Source: a virus
Virus record (IMG/VR): IMGVR_UViG_3300010401_000006
Span: 1,396 to 65,395 of that record
Strand: one strand, 5' to 3'
DNA: 64,000 nt
The notes under the pieces: generated by a model
Told to the model about the DNA's origin: nothing
Database searches by the model: none
Seen by the model: the letters and a program-made list of their open reading frames with translations, nothing else
In this document: positions 8,104 to 17,606 of the stretch, one piece after another
Layout of the letters: the number at the start of each line of letters is the position of its first letter
How positions within the stretch are numbered: position 1 is the stretch's first letter
Made by a program: the position numbers and the translations under genes

Positions 8104-11100
8104 ATGATGCGCTTCCTCGCATCCCTGCTGCTCTCACTCCTCGTCGCGCAGGCCTCTTATGCAGGCCTCATCATCCGCGGCGGGTCCGTTCCCATCCCAA
8201 CGGCACCCACAGGCATCCTGCTTGGCGGCAACGCCCCTCCGGGCAGCGCCACGATTGTGGACAACGCTACGGCCGGCACCGGCGTAGGCACGCTGTCTGC
8301 GGTCGGGGGCACCGCGCCCTACACCTACGTCGACACCGACAATACGAAGTTCCAGATCAGCGGCGCGGCGCTTCAGCGATCGTCAACTGGCACGCTCACA
8401 TCCGGCGTTGGCGAGAACGTCGATATCCAGGTCACGGACGCCAACAATCTTACCTACACGACCTCGGCGCCATTCATCATCTCGGTAACGGCCCATACCG
8501 GCACGCTGCTTACGACTCTCACGCTCACCAACCCGACGGGCTCGACCCAGTCCACCAACTTCGTCACGCAGATCTTCGGCCACGCCTTCAAGAAGGGCGA
8601 CATCGCGAATGGCTGCACGACAGGAGCGCCGCAGTTCCAGTTGGCTGTGGGAGGGACAACGATCCCATTCTCAGAGAGTGTTCATCCGGCCTGCTGGTCC
8701 GATGGTTCTCTCAAGCATGCGGCTTTCATGTTCCGCGTGCCGACGGCGATTTCCGCGAACAGCTCCGTCACCGTCAACGTCTATAATGGCGGCACCGTCC
8801 CGAGCAATTCATCGCGCGCGCTGTCGGACTTCGCCGCTGGCGGTCTCGATCTCAACGAGCAAGTTGTTGGCCTCGACAATCTCTCCGGCACGTGGACGGC
8901 AGACCTGAACCAAGGCATTTCTGCGAATGGTGCCGACTACAAATACATGGATGGCGATGCCGGCGCAGTCTGGCGCGTGCGCGCGGCCTATCGCCAATCG
9001 AGTGCAGATCACGGGCAGCTTGAGGATTGGTGGTATGTCCAGGCCCTTCAGAACAACTCTGGCGGCCTCTATGGCATCCGCTATCTCGCGGGAACGACGC
9101 AGCCCTATTACAACGTCGCCTCGCCCTCGCCCGTCTATCGCGCCTTCACGAGCGTCGGCATCTATAACGGCGCATCGCTTGTCCGCGATCTCTGGGGCAC
9201 GCATGGCAATAGCCAGTCTTTCGTGTGGGACCCGACCATTCAGGCGTATTGCGGCAACAAAGCGTGCGGGTTCACGGCGACGGCTAATGGCTTGGAATCT
9301 GGATTCCTGCTCCGCCTTTTCACGACGGGAACGCTTCCGTCCAATCTCTCGACCGGCACAACTTACTTCGCGGGGCACAACGGACCTGACGCGAATCACT
9401 TCGCCATAGGGACTGATTCCAACAGCGTCTCTCAGGGCATTGGCTACATCGTCCCGACCAACAACGGGAGCGGGACACATACCGTTCAGGCCTATCCATA
9501 TGTGACGCAGTTCGGGACGATGTATTCGGCCGAGAGCAACGGCCAATATAGCTACATCCAGGGCGCAGGAACCGTAGCCGCCGACACTTCGGTCCGCGTC
9601 ATAGTTAGCAACACCTATCTGCGCTCCACGCACCTAATCCTGTCCTACGCGTTCGGCACCTACTCGCCGGCCAGCAATTCGTCCTGCTCTTATTTCATCA
9701 TGACCGCGTGCTTCATCACGCGCTATTTCGAGCAGACTGGCGAGCGTGACGATATCGGCCCCACGTCAGCCTATGCGACGCGATACCTGTTCACCGGCGC
9801 GGCGGTGGACGAGCAGGTGGTGCGCAATATCGCGCTCATTGGGGCGAACCTCCCTGTCAAGTTCCGCGATGCGACCACGAAGTCAGTTCCGAACCTGACG
9901 AATTCCTCTCGCTCCGGGATGCCGTCATCGACCGCGACCACAATGCGTTGGTACGGCAATCCAGTCGCTACCGCTGGGTTCACCGCGCCGAGCAATTCCG
10001 CTGTCTGGGTTGCAGGTTTCTCGACGCCTGATAGTTCGCACCTGCCCGACTTCACCGGCACCGCTTATCTGATGTTTGCCGAGCCGCAGATGATGGATCA
10101 GGTTGCGGATTTCGGAAGCCTCGCCGTCCTGTTCCGCTCTCAAGGCATCGGCGTCGCATCTGTTGGTGCCGTCACGACGATTGGCGGCGCGGGTGGTGCA
10201 AGCCGAAACTTCACTATCAGCGGCACGACCTACTATGGCGCGACCCTCAACTACGGGAACACGCTGCGCACCGATGCATGGAGCATTCGCGATGTCAGCG
10301 CCGCCGCAGGCCTTCTCCCAAACACCAACCCAGAGAACGCCGCATACTGGCAATACTTCAACGACCTTCTTCAGGCGACCTTCGACGCCGAAGCTGCTTA
10401 TTTTCCGCTATTGCCGACATACCCCGTCACCAACGGGCTCTGGAACGAGACGGACAGCGCGGCAGGCGGCACGAACGATGAATGGACCACGTCCTACATG
10501 CGCCACGCGCTCGGGCTGGCCTATGGCCGCACGGAGAAGGCTGGCGCGCTTGCGTTCCTGAACCTTGAGCTGGGCTGGCCGACGCACATCCACAACGTTT
10601 GGGGCACGGCTTACATCCCTCACTACGAGTCGATGATCCGGCAGGCCAATAACAGCCACAGCGCGCCGTTCATGACCAGCGATGCGCTTGGAGCGTTCTA
10701 CGACGACGCGACTTTGTCTTGGAACAGCGGGACAGGGCTTTTCACGATCAGCAACCTCCCGCCTGGGACGACGTGGTCGAACGGCGACCTGATCATCTTC
10801 AACGAGCAGGATCAGACCGTTCCGGGAAATTTCTCCGGCGAGACCCCGTATTATGTGAAGAACCTGTCCGGGCTCACGTTCAATCTTGCGACATCTCCGG
10901 GCGGCACGGTTGTCACTCCCAGCACGACCAGCTCAAACGGCCATACCTACCTCTACAGCTCAAGCCTCGTTGCGCCGAACAACATCACATCGAACACGAC
11001 CGGTTCCGGATATCTGGCGAGCATTACCTCGTCGTTTCTGTTCGCGAAGTCGCTGAATGCGACCGTCGATGCCACAACGCAAGCCGATCTCGTGGCCGAC

Positions 11101-11172
11101 CTGGCTGCCCAATCCGGCTATGTCGCCGCGTTCAACACCACCCCGACCTATGCTACACAGGCGACACCTTGA
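8104..11172 (+). CDS. Large exported protein: cadherin/Ig-like + PcRGLX/YetA-like (polysaccharide lyase-like) core + fibre-type repeats
   Basis: Signal MMRFLASLLLSLLVAQASYA|G; GTLSAVGG..PYTY...KFQISG; FGHAFKKGD...WSDGSLKHA; TGERDDIGP; DSSHLP; RTDAWSIR. Confidence 0.6.
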   Translation: MMRFLASLLLSLLVAQASYAGLIIRGGSVPIPTAPTGILLGGNAPPGSATIVDNATAGTGVGTLSAVGGTAPYTYVDTDNTKFQISGAALQRSSTGTLTSGVGENVDIQVTDANNLTYTTSAPFIISVTAHTGTLLTTLTLTNPTGSTQSTNFVTQIFGHAFKKGDIANGCTTGAPQFQLAVGGTTIPFSESVHPACWSDGSLKHAAFMFRVPTAISANSSVTVNVYNGGTVPSNSSRALSDFAAGGLDLNEQVVGLDNLSGTWTADLNQGISANGADYKYMDGDAGAVWRVRAAYRQSSADHGQLEDWWYVQALQNNSGGLYGIRYLAGTTQPYYNVASPSPVYRAFTSVGIYNGASLVRDLWGTHGNSQSFVWDPTIQAYCGNKACGFTATANGLESGFLLRLFTTGTLPSNLSTGTTYFAGHNGPDANHFAIGTDSNSVSQGIGYIVPTNNGSGTHTVQAYPYVTQFGTMYSAESNGQYSYIQGAGTVAADTSVRVIVSNTYLRSTHLILSYAFGTYSPASNSSCSYFIMTACFITRYFEQTGERDDIGPTSAYATRYLFTGAAVDEQVVRNIALIGANLPVKFRDATTKSVPNLTNSSRSGMPSSTATTMRWYGNPVATAGFTAPSNSAVWVAGFSTPDSSHLPDFTGTAYLMFAEPQMMDQVADFGSLAVLFRSQGIGVASVGAVTTIGGAGGASRNFTISGTTYYGATLNYGNTLRTDAWSIRDVSAAAGLLPNTNPENAAYWQYFNDLLQATFDAEAAYFPLLPTYPVTNGLWNETDSAAGGTNDEWTTSYMRHALGLAYGRTEKAGALAFLNLELGWPTHIHNVWGTAYIPHYESMIRQANNSHSAPFMTSDALGAFYDDATLSWNSGTGLFTISNLPPGTTWSNGDLIIFNEQDQTVPGNFSGETPYYVKNLSGLTFNLATSPGGTVVTPSTTSSNGHTYLYSSSLVAPNNITSNTTGSGYLASITSSFLFAKSLNATVDATTQADLVADLAAQSGYVAAFNTTPTYATQATP

Positions 11173-11184
11173 GAGGGTTCCGGG

Positions 11185-11583
11185 ATGTCCGTCTTCACCT
11201 ATGGCTCTGTCGAACTGGAATCGAGCGACGAGACGGAAGACGAGTTCTCGATCGTGACCGTCTTGCTCGCGCCGTCCTCCCGCACCATCCTGTCCAGCGA
11301 TAGCAACAAATCCGTCAGCGCCGGCGATAATCTCGGCACGATATATCTCGATGCCACCGCGGCCGATTGCCGGGTGACATTCCTGCCCACGCTCGCCCAG
11401 GCAGGGAAGAAATTCGAGGTCACATTCATCCGCAAGGACACCACCGCAAACAACGGCTCCGTGAGCATCGACGGCACATCCGGCGGGGATATCGTTCAGC
11501 TTTCCCAGCAGGGCGTCGCCTATTCGATCGAGGCGACTGGTGCTGCCCTCAGGGTCATCTCCTCATGGATCACGCCACAATGA
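11185..11583 (+). CDS. Small virion beta-sandwich protein, no signal peptide
   Basis: IYLDATAA..RVT.LP.....GK.F....RKDTTAN resembles the C-terminal domain of the next ORF. Confidence 0.6.
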   Translation: MSVFTYGSVELESSDETEDEFSIVTVLLAPSSRTILSSDSNKSVSAGDNLGTIYLDATAADCRVTFLPTLAQAGKKFEVTFIRKDTTANNGSVSIDGTSGGDIVQLSQQGVAYSIEATGAALRVISSWITPQ

Positions 11584-14500
11584 ACCTGCACCCACTCACG
11601 CGCTGCCTGGCACTGATCGCCTTGCTCACGCTCGGCCTGAGCGATGTGTCGTTTGCCGTCCCGACGCAGGGCCAACTCACGATGATCGGCCCGACCAGCA
11701 CGACGCTGGTGCCTCAGACCGCGAACTGGGGCAGCACGCCGATGCTGATCACCTGCGGATACAACAACTGCGGCGATCAGGGCGGCACCACGATCCAGAT
11801 GATTTCTGGCACCTGCGTGGTCGACAACATCACGTGCTTTAAGGACGGCTCATCGACGCCACACTATTTTTCCGCTGTCGGGCTATCGGACCAGTTCGGC
11901 CTGCTCAATGTTCTAAAGGCTGGCTGCAAGCCTGACGTGGTCAACGGGCTCGGAACGGCGGCGACGAACTGCTTCAATCAGGCTCAGACCGCGGCCGCCT
12001 TGGCTGGCCTCGCCGGTATCAATATCTGCGGCAATTCGACGGGCTCGAGCTTTCTCCTCGATCAGAACTTCACGTCCACCGGATACATCGGCTGCCCGAC
12101 GAACCACCAGAACCGCTCTGCCAACGGGACGGGCACGGTTGGCCTTCCGAACTCTGCGGACTGGACGCATTTCCCGAACACGCTTTGGCTGGCATCCGGG
12201 AAGACGTTCTTCTGCGGCGTCAGCGCGGGCTCAAATTGCAAGGGCGAAGGCTTCTCGCTGATCCGTGCCGGCATCAATGGCGCCGGAACCGGTGCAGCAC
12301 CAGCATCACTCCGCGACACCATCAACATGGTGGCCGCGGAATCCGGGACGTGCCTGCAGATCAATTCAGACAATCCGGACCTGCGCTCGCTGAACGTCTA
12401 TGGCTGCGCGACTGGTATCACGACGTCAACATCGAACCGCGCGCGCGACGGCCTGCTTCGCGACATCAACATCGATGCGACGCAGAACCATCTCTATTGG
12501 AAATCCCAGCGCGGCGGCGGCAATATCGTTTTGGACAACGTCAACGCTGGCTGCAATCTTACTTGCCTCTCCGCGTTCAGCCTGTTCAGCACGGGCCTGA
12601 GCAATGTGCAGGACGGTGCCAGCTTTGGTTTTGCCGGGCATCTCGTTCTTACGCTCACCGCGGCCTGCACGGATACGCCGAACAATTGCCCCATCACGGG
12701 CGACTTGCTCTATGTGACGGGGGCGCACAGCGCGGAATCGTCCGGTGGTCAGCCCTTCACCGCGCAGATCATCGACACCTCGCATATCCTGCTCCCACAC
12801 GCGAGTTCTGCGTTTCTGACGGGACAGAATTTCACTGCGGCCACGACGAACCTATCCGGCGGTGCAGCCGTCGGAAATGCAACGCTCGGATGGGATACGA
12901 TCCAGATCAGCGGCATCACGCCGACATGCCCGCTCATCGACAACGTGTGGTGCCAGGTCCAGCCGAACCAGCAGATCACGGACCTCACCAACGCTAACTG
13001 CATCAATAACGGTTCTGCCGCCTATGTAGGCTTCGTGGATTACTGGTCCGGCTGGGTCACGATGAAGACGAGCCCGACCGGCGCGATCATCCCGGCGCAG
13101 ATCACGTGCACGGGCGGCATTCAGGGTCACACAATCCAGTTCCTCGATAACGCCTTCGCGTTCAGCTTCACGTCTGCGACCATCGCAGCGGCGGGCCTGA
13201 ACTATCAATCCGGCGATCTCATCACTATCCCAGGCGGCACGTGCTCGGTGCAGCCTGTCGCATTGGTCTATCAGGTCAACAAGACGACCGGTGCAGCAAC
13301 GAAGGTTGTCCCCGATACCGCTGGCGTGTGCTCCGTCTTCCCGCCATCGCCAACCGGCGTGCTATCCGGTGGCTCCGGCACAGGCCTCAATCTCAACATC
13401 TTCTTCTCCGGTGCCGTGCAGATGGACACGGGCTCGCGCGGCAATTGTTTCCATGTCGGCAATACGATCACGCTTACGGCAACGCATCTTTTCGCCATCC
13501 AGTGCACGGGCATCAGCATGTGGTTCGATGATGGATCGGCCGGAAGCCTCGTTTCCAACATGCAGATTTACACGAACCAGGCGCTGCAGAATGCCTTTAC
13601 CGAGGGCGTCGAGTTCACGGGCACGGCGCACGAGAACGTCATCGACGGCTGCTCGATCCATGCCTTCGGCGGCAACATCGTCAATCGCACGACCGCGCCG
13701 TCCAACCTCGGCAGCAATACCGTCAAGAACTGCGCGGTCGGCGGCAACAACAAGAACTCAGGCGCCAACCAGATCCTCGCACGCATCGACTCGCCCACGC
13801 TCGGGCAGTCCGCGCAGGCAACGCTCAAGCTGGACATCGACACAAACATCCCCGGCGCCGTTCTTGTCAGCTCTGACGTAGAAACGCCGACCGGCGTGAA
13901 GATGGGGACAAGCAACCTCCCCAACAGCAACGTGTTCGTTCAGAACCCGGCCGATTCGCTCGCCGTCGATCTTGGGGAGGCGACACCCAGCCTCGCCCGC
14001 TACACGCACGGCACGCCAATCGCGACGAGTCCTCTCACAGGAGTCATCAACCCGACGTCGACGACCTACGCCGTCCCGGATTGCGCGCCGCCGAACCAGA
14101 ACCTGATCGGTACCGGTGCCGCCGGCTCCGTGATGCACGTCTACTTCCCGTCCTCGCCGTGCATGAACCAGACGATTCACACCCTCGTCGACAAGACGTT
14201 CGGCGTCGTGCTTGAGCTTGGCTCAAATAAGCTGAGTTCGATCAGCGGCGATCTCACCGGGACGGTCACGCTCAATGGTGTCGCGCAGGCGAGCAGCTAC
14301 ATCGATTTCGTTTACAACGGGGTCCGCTGGATTGGCCGCGGCGACTTCGCGTTCCTCGTCGCCAACGGCCTGATCCCGGTCCCAAGCGGCGCCCACTCCA
14401 CCTTCACGCACACCACGATCGGCTCCAGCACGACCTTGGACAGCACGGCGCGGATGTGGCTTTGCAACGCCACCGGCGGTCCTATCGTGTTCACGGTGCC

Positions 14501-14702
14501 GCTAGGGTCGACCGTTCCGGGTGCGCTCTGGACCATCAAGAAGATCGATGCGTCGGCTAACACCTGCAGCGTGACCATGTCCGGGTCTGACACCCTCGAC
14601 GGCGCGACAGGAAGCCCGTCCAGCGGTATTATCTCGACCCAGTGGGGCAAACTCACGATCTGGAACAACACCAACAATACGGCGAACTGGTACATCCAAT
14701 AA
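11580..14702 (+). CDS. 1040-aa exported, Cys-rich beta-helix/fibre-like protein
   Basis: MNLHPLTRCLALIALLTLGLSDVSFA|VP; 30 Cys in mature part; C-terminal LCNATGGPIVFTVP...IKKIDASANT...DTLDG domain. Confidence 0.7.
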   Translation: MNLHPLTRCLALIALLTLGLSDVSFAVPTQGQLTMIGPTSTTLVPQTANWGSTPMLITCGYNNCGDQGGTTIQMISGTCVVDNITCFKDGSSTPHYFSAVGLSDQFGLLNVLKAGCKPDVVNGLGTAATNCFNQAQTAAALAGLAGINICGNSTGSSFLLDQNFTSTGYIGCPTNHQNRSANGTGTVGLPNSADWTHFPNTLWLASGKTFFCGVSAGSNCKGEGFSLIRAGINGAGTGAAPASLRDTINMVAAESGTCLQINSDNPDLRSLNVYGCATGITTSTSNRARDGLLRDINIDATQNHLYWKSQRGGGNIVLDNVNAGCNLTCLSAFSLFSTGLSNVQDGASFGFAGHLVLTLTAACTDTPNNCPITGDLLYVTGAHSAESSGGQPFTAQIIDTSHILLPHASSAFLTGQNFTAATTNLSGGAAVGNATLGWDTIQISGITPTCPLIDNVWCQVQPNQQITDLTNANCINNGSAAYVGFVDYWSGWVTMKTSPTGAIIPAQITCTGGIQGHTIQFLDNAFAFSFTSATIAAAGLNYQSGDLITIPGGTCSVQPVALVYQVNKTTGAATKVVPDTAGVCSVFPPSPTGVLSGGSGTGLNLNIFFSGAVQMDTGSRGNCFHVGNTITLTATHLFAIQCTGISMWFDDGSAGSLVSNMQIYTNQALQNAFTEGVEFTGTAHENVIDGCSIHAFGGNIVNRTTAPSNLGSNTVKNCAVGGNNKNSGANQILARIDSPTLGQSAQATLKLDIDTNIPGAVLVSSDVETPTGVKMGTSNLPNSNVFVQNPADSLAVDLGEATPSLARYTHGTPIATSPLTGVINPTSTTYAVPDCAPPNQNLIGTGAAGSVMHVYFPSSPCMNQTIHTLVDKTFGVVLELGSNKLSSISGDLTGTVTLNGVAQASSYIDFVYNGVRWIGRGDFAFLVANGLIPVPSGAHSTFTHTTIGSSTTLDSTARMWLCNATGGPIVFTVPLGSTVPGALWTIKKIDASANTCSVTMSGSDTLDGATGSPSSGIISTQWGKLTIWNNTNNTANWYIQ

Positions 14703-15496
14703 TGGCGATCCAGGACCAAGACTTTAAGACCTATCAAGGCGACCGGTTCGACGTGAACTCGACGGTCATCGACGCCGAAGGTGTCCAGATGGACATCTCC
14801 GGCGTGCAGGAAATTCAATGGACGCTTGCGATATCCGCTGAGGATACGCCCGTCGTCACGAAACTTATGAGTACAGGTGGAATTACGCTTCCGAACGCCG
14901 GAACGGACGGCAAATACAGCATCCACCTTCTGACGGCCGACACGGCAGCGCTGACGGCAAACTATCTGCACATCGCGAAGATCAAGGACGCCAACGACTT
15001 CTGGTCGACCGTGATGCAGGGCCGCGCCACATTCGCGCCTTCACCGGTCTGGACCTACACCGGCGATCCGCGCTCCTCGAACAAGGATGCCGTCCGCTTC
15101 TGGATGGGCGACACCGACAGCACCGATAAGCAGGTCATGGATGGCGAGATCAATTACGGACTGACGATCTATCCGGATGTGAAACTGTGCGCCGCGAAAC
15201 TCCTGCGCGCGCTCGCCAGCCGGTACACGCGCCGGGCCGACAAGGCCGTCGGCGATCTGCGCATCAGCTACAGCCAAGTCTCCAAGCAATATCTCTTGCA
15301 GGCCGACGCGCTGGAATCGCAGGCCAATGTCTCAGGCGCGAATATCTACGCCGGCGGTGTCTCGCTGAGCGATATTCTCCGCGTCGAGCAGGACACCGAC
15401 CGCCCGACGCCTCCATTCTGGGCAGGCCAGTTCGACAATCCATCCGGCCCAAACAATACGACGCAAGACCCATGGACTTCGCGCGGTAACGATTGA
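14702..15496 (+). CDS. Head-tail adaptor with extra N-terminal BppU-like domain
   Basis: N-half YQGD.F.V.STVID....DISG; C-half WTYTGDP....DAVRF..GDTD...ADKAVGDL..SYSQ. Confidence 0.65.
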   Translation: MAIQDQDFKTYQGDRFDVNSTVIDAEGVQMDISGVQEIQWTLAISAEDTPVVTKLMSTGGITLPNAGTDGKYSIHLLTADTAALTANYLHIAKIKDANDFWSTVMQGRATFAPSPVWTYTGDPRSSNKDAVRFWMGDTDSTDKQVMDGEINYGLTIYPDVKLCAAKLLRALASRYTRRADKAVGDLRISYSQVSKQYLLQADALESQANVSGANIYAGGVSLSDILRVEQDTDRPTPPFWAGQFDNPSGPNNTTQDPWTSRGND

Positions 15497-15822
15497 TGGC
15501 GATTTTTGCAGACGACTTCCGGGACATGATGCGGCAGACCGTGAAGGTCGAGCCGTTCCTCGTTCGCGATCAGTACAATGCCCCGACTTACGGAGCCGCG
15601 AAGTTCTACATCGCGCGCGTGAACGACACGCGGAAGAACATCATTGGGCCGGACGGGCAACTGATCGCAATCTGCGGGATCGCATGGCTGGACACCGCTG
15701 ACCCGCTTTCGGTCGACGATCGCGTAACCCTTCCCGACGGCACTCGAGCCAAGCTTGTCGAAGTCAACGCAGCACCGGATGAAACCGGCGGGACTGCCAT
15801 AACGAGATTTATGTTCCAGTGA
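15496..15822 (+). CDS. Head closure/stopper protein
   Basis: RDQYNAPTYG...DDRVTLPDG; position. Confidence 0.65.
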   Translation: MAIFADDFRDMMRQTVKVEPFLVRDQYNAPTYGAAKFYIARVNDTRKNIIGPDGQLIAICGIAWLDTADPLSVDDRVTLPDGTRAKLVEVNAAPDETGGTAITRFMFQ

Positions 15823-16301
15823 GCAGCGGCGGCCGAACCTATCGCACGGATGACAATCTTACGGTCCTAGAAGGCTTGATGCGGCATGGGGACAGGGCGA
15901 CTCGCTCGCTTGGAAGGCAACTCTACCGCGAGGCGACAGATATAATTGCAAAGTCTCAGCCGCTTGTCCCCGTTGCGACTGGCGCTCTCCGATCTTCGCC
16001 ATACGTGAAACCGCCTGAAATCGATGGCGATTACGTCACCGTCGAGTTCGGCTACGGCGGCCCAGCCGCGAAGATCAATCCCAAGACCGGAGAATCGACC
16101 GACGCCTATGCGCTGTTCGTCCACGAGAACCTGCAGGCCCATCACAAGGTCGGGCAGGCGCTCTATCTGGGCCAGCCGTTCATAGAAGCCGAAGACGGCA
16201 TGGGCGCGCGCATCGCAGCGGGCATGGCCAGCGATTTGCAGGGCTCCAGCGCCAGCGTTAGCGTCGAGACCCAGACCGACGAAGGGCCGTCCCAGCAATG
16301 A
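15819..16301 (+). CDS. Neck protein (HK97 gp10-like)
   Basis: SQPLVPVATGALRSS...YALFVHE...GQALYL. Confidence 0.7.
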   Translation: MSSGGRTYRTDDNLTVLEGLMRHGDRATRSLGRQLYREATDIIAKSQPLVPVATGALRSSPYVKPPEIDGDYVTVEFGYGGPAAKINPKTGESTDAYALFVHENLQAHHKVGQALYLGQPFIEAEDGMGARIAAGMASDLQGSSASVSVETQTDEGPSQQ

Positions 16302-16714
16302 GCTTTCCCGTCCTGCTCGATGACGTGGCTGCGGCGATCGTGACCGCAGCAATCGGCACGGCCACGGCGGGAGATGATTGGTTCGTGATGAAGGCCTACA
16401 TGGCCGATCAGCCTGACCGCGCCATCTGCGTTTATCCGCGGCCAGGCGCGGCACCGGACCCGTCATGGTCTATCGACAGCCCACAGTTTCAGGTCGCGGT
16501 GCGAGGTGGCGAGGCAGACATCAATCTCGTCCTGTCGAAGCTCCAGAACTGCATCGATCTTCTGCACTCTGGCGAGGTCTATCTGAGCGCAACCCCAAAC
16601 ACCTATGTCTACTGCTACGCTCTACATTCGGGCTTTATCCCGCTGGGGCCAGATGAAAAGGCACGCTACAGGGCAGCGGTGAATTTCAGGACGGAGAGGA
16701 ATACGGGACTATGA
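16298..16714 (+). CDS. Tail terminator
   Basis: P.QPD.AI.VY...G..P......P.FQV.VRG pattern. Confidence 0.65.
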   Translation: MSFPVLLDDVAAAIVTAAIGTATAGDDWFVMKAYMADQPDRAICVYPRPGAAPDPSWSIDSPQFQVAVRGGEADINLVLSKLQNCIDLLHSGEVYLSATPNTYVYCYALHSGFIPLGPDEKARYRAAVNFRTERNTGL

Positions 16715-16932
16715 CGATGCACAAAACGACGTTTGAGTACCTGAAGCCGACTGACGAACAGATCGAGAAAATGGCCAGGCTGAGAGCGGCCGCAAAAGCC
16801 TACAACGACGCTCTCGACACCGAATTGCCGGATGGACCGGACAAAACTTTCGTGATCCGCGCGCACCGCTCCAACGCGATGTGGGCAAACGTCGCCGTCA
16901 CCCGGCACCCAGACGGCACGCCGCGCTGGTGA
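16711..16932 (+). CDS. Acb2/Tad1-like helical hairpin protein
   Basis: FEYLKPTDEQIEKM..LR.AAK......PDGPDKT......AMWANVAV. Confidence 0.5.
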   Translation: MTMHKTTFEYLKPTDEQIEKMARLRAAAKAYNDALDTELPDGPDKTFVIRAHRSNAMWANVAVTRHPDGTPRW

Positions 16933-17606
16933 AACACGGTATCCCGCCGATCTTCCGAGATCAGACCGTCGCCATAGTTGCAGGCGGGCCCAGCCTCAAA
17001 GGCTTCCAATTCGACCAACTTGCCGGTACCCCGTCCATCGCCATCAACCGCGCGCACGAGTTCATGCCGCGCGCGACGATGCTTTACTGGGGTGACGCGA
17101 TCTTCTGGCGCAAGAACCTGTTCAATCTGCTCGCACACCAGGCGACATGGAAAGTCACGCTCAACCTCAACTATGCGGGCGGAGAAATCATGCCTCCGGT
17201 CGTGCAATACACCGTGAGCGGGCGCGAGGGTTACGATCCCAAGCCCGGCCGCATCCGCCACGGCAATAACTCGGCCTATGCCGCGATGCACCTGGCCGTC
17301 CAATTGGGCGCGCGCCGCCTCGTCCTATTCGGTGTCGACATGCACTACGGGCCAAACGGTGAGTCGCACTTCCACAGCGGCTACGACAGTTCGACACAGA
17401 CCGAGGAAACGCTCCGCCGCATGATGCTCCCGCACTTCGCCTCGCTCGTAGAGCCGTTCGAGCAAATGGGGGTTGAGGTTTTCAACGCATCCCCCGATAG
17501 TGCGCTTCGTCTGTGGCCACGTGTCGCACTCTCCGAAGGGGTCGCCATCTGCACGAAGTTCTTACCGACCACGCCAAGCAAAGGGCATTCGAGCGCTACG
17601 GCGTAA
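16929..17606 (+). CDS. Maf/MptE-like (DUF115) sugar transferase
   Basis: VAIVAGGPSL...IAINRA...NSAYAAMHLAVQLGARRLVLFGVDM; GTGA overlap. Confidence 0.65.
   Translation: MKHGIPPIFRDQTVAIVAGGPSLKGFQFDQLAGTPSIAINRAHEFMPRATMLYWGDAIFWRKNLFNLLAHQATWKVTLNLNYAGGEIMPPVVQYTVSGREGYDPKPGRIRHGNNSAYAAMHLAVQLGARRLVLFGVDMHYGPNGESHFHSGYDSSTQTEETLRRMMLPHFASLVEPFEQMGVEVFNASPDSALRLWPRVALSEGVAICTKFLPTTPSKGHSSATA

Noticed and set aside
11367-11579. N-terminal extension of the large Cys-rich ORF shown in the track
   Set aside because: Overlaps 11185-11583; the coupled ATG 11580 gives a clean signal peptide
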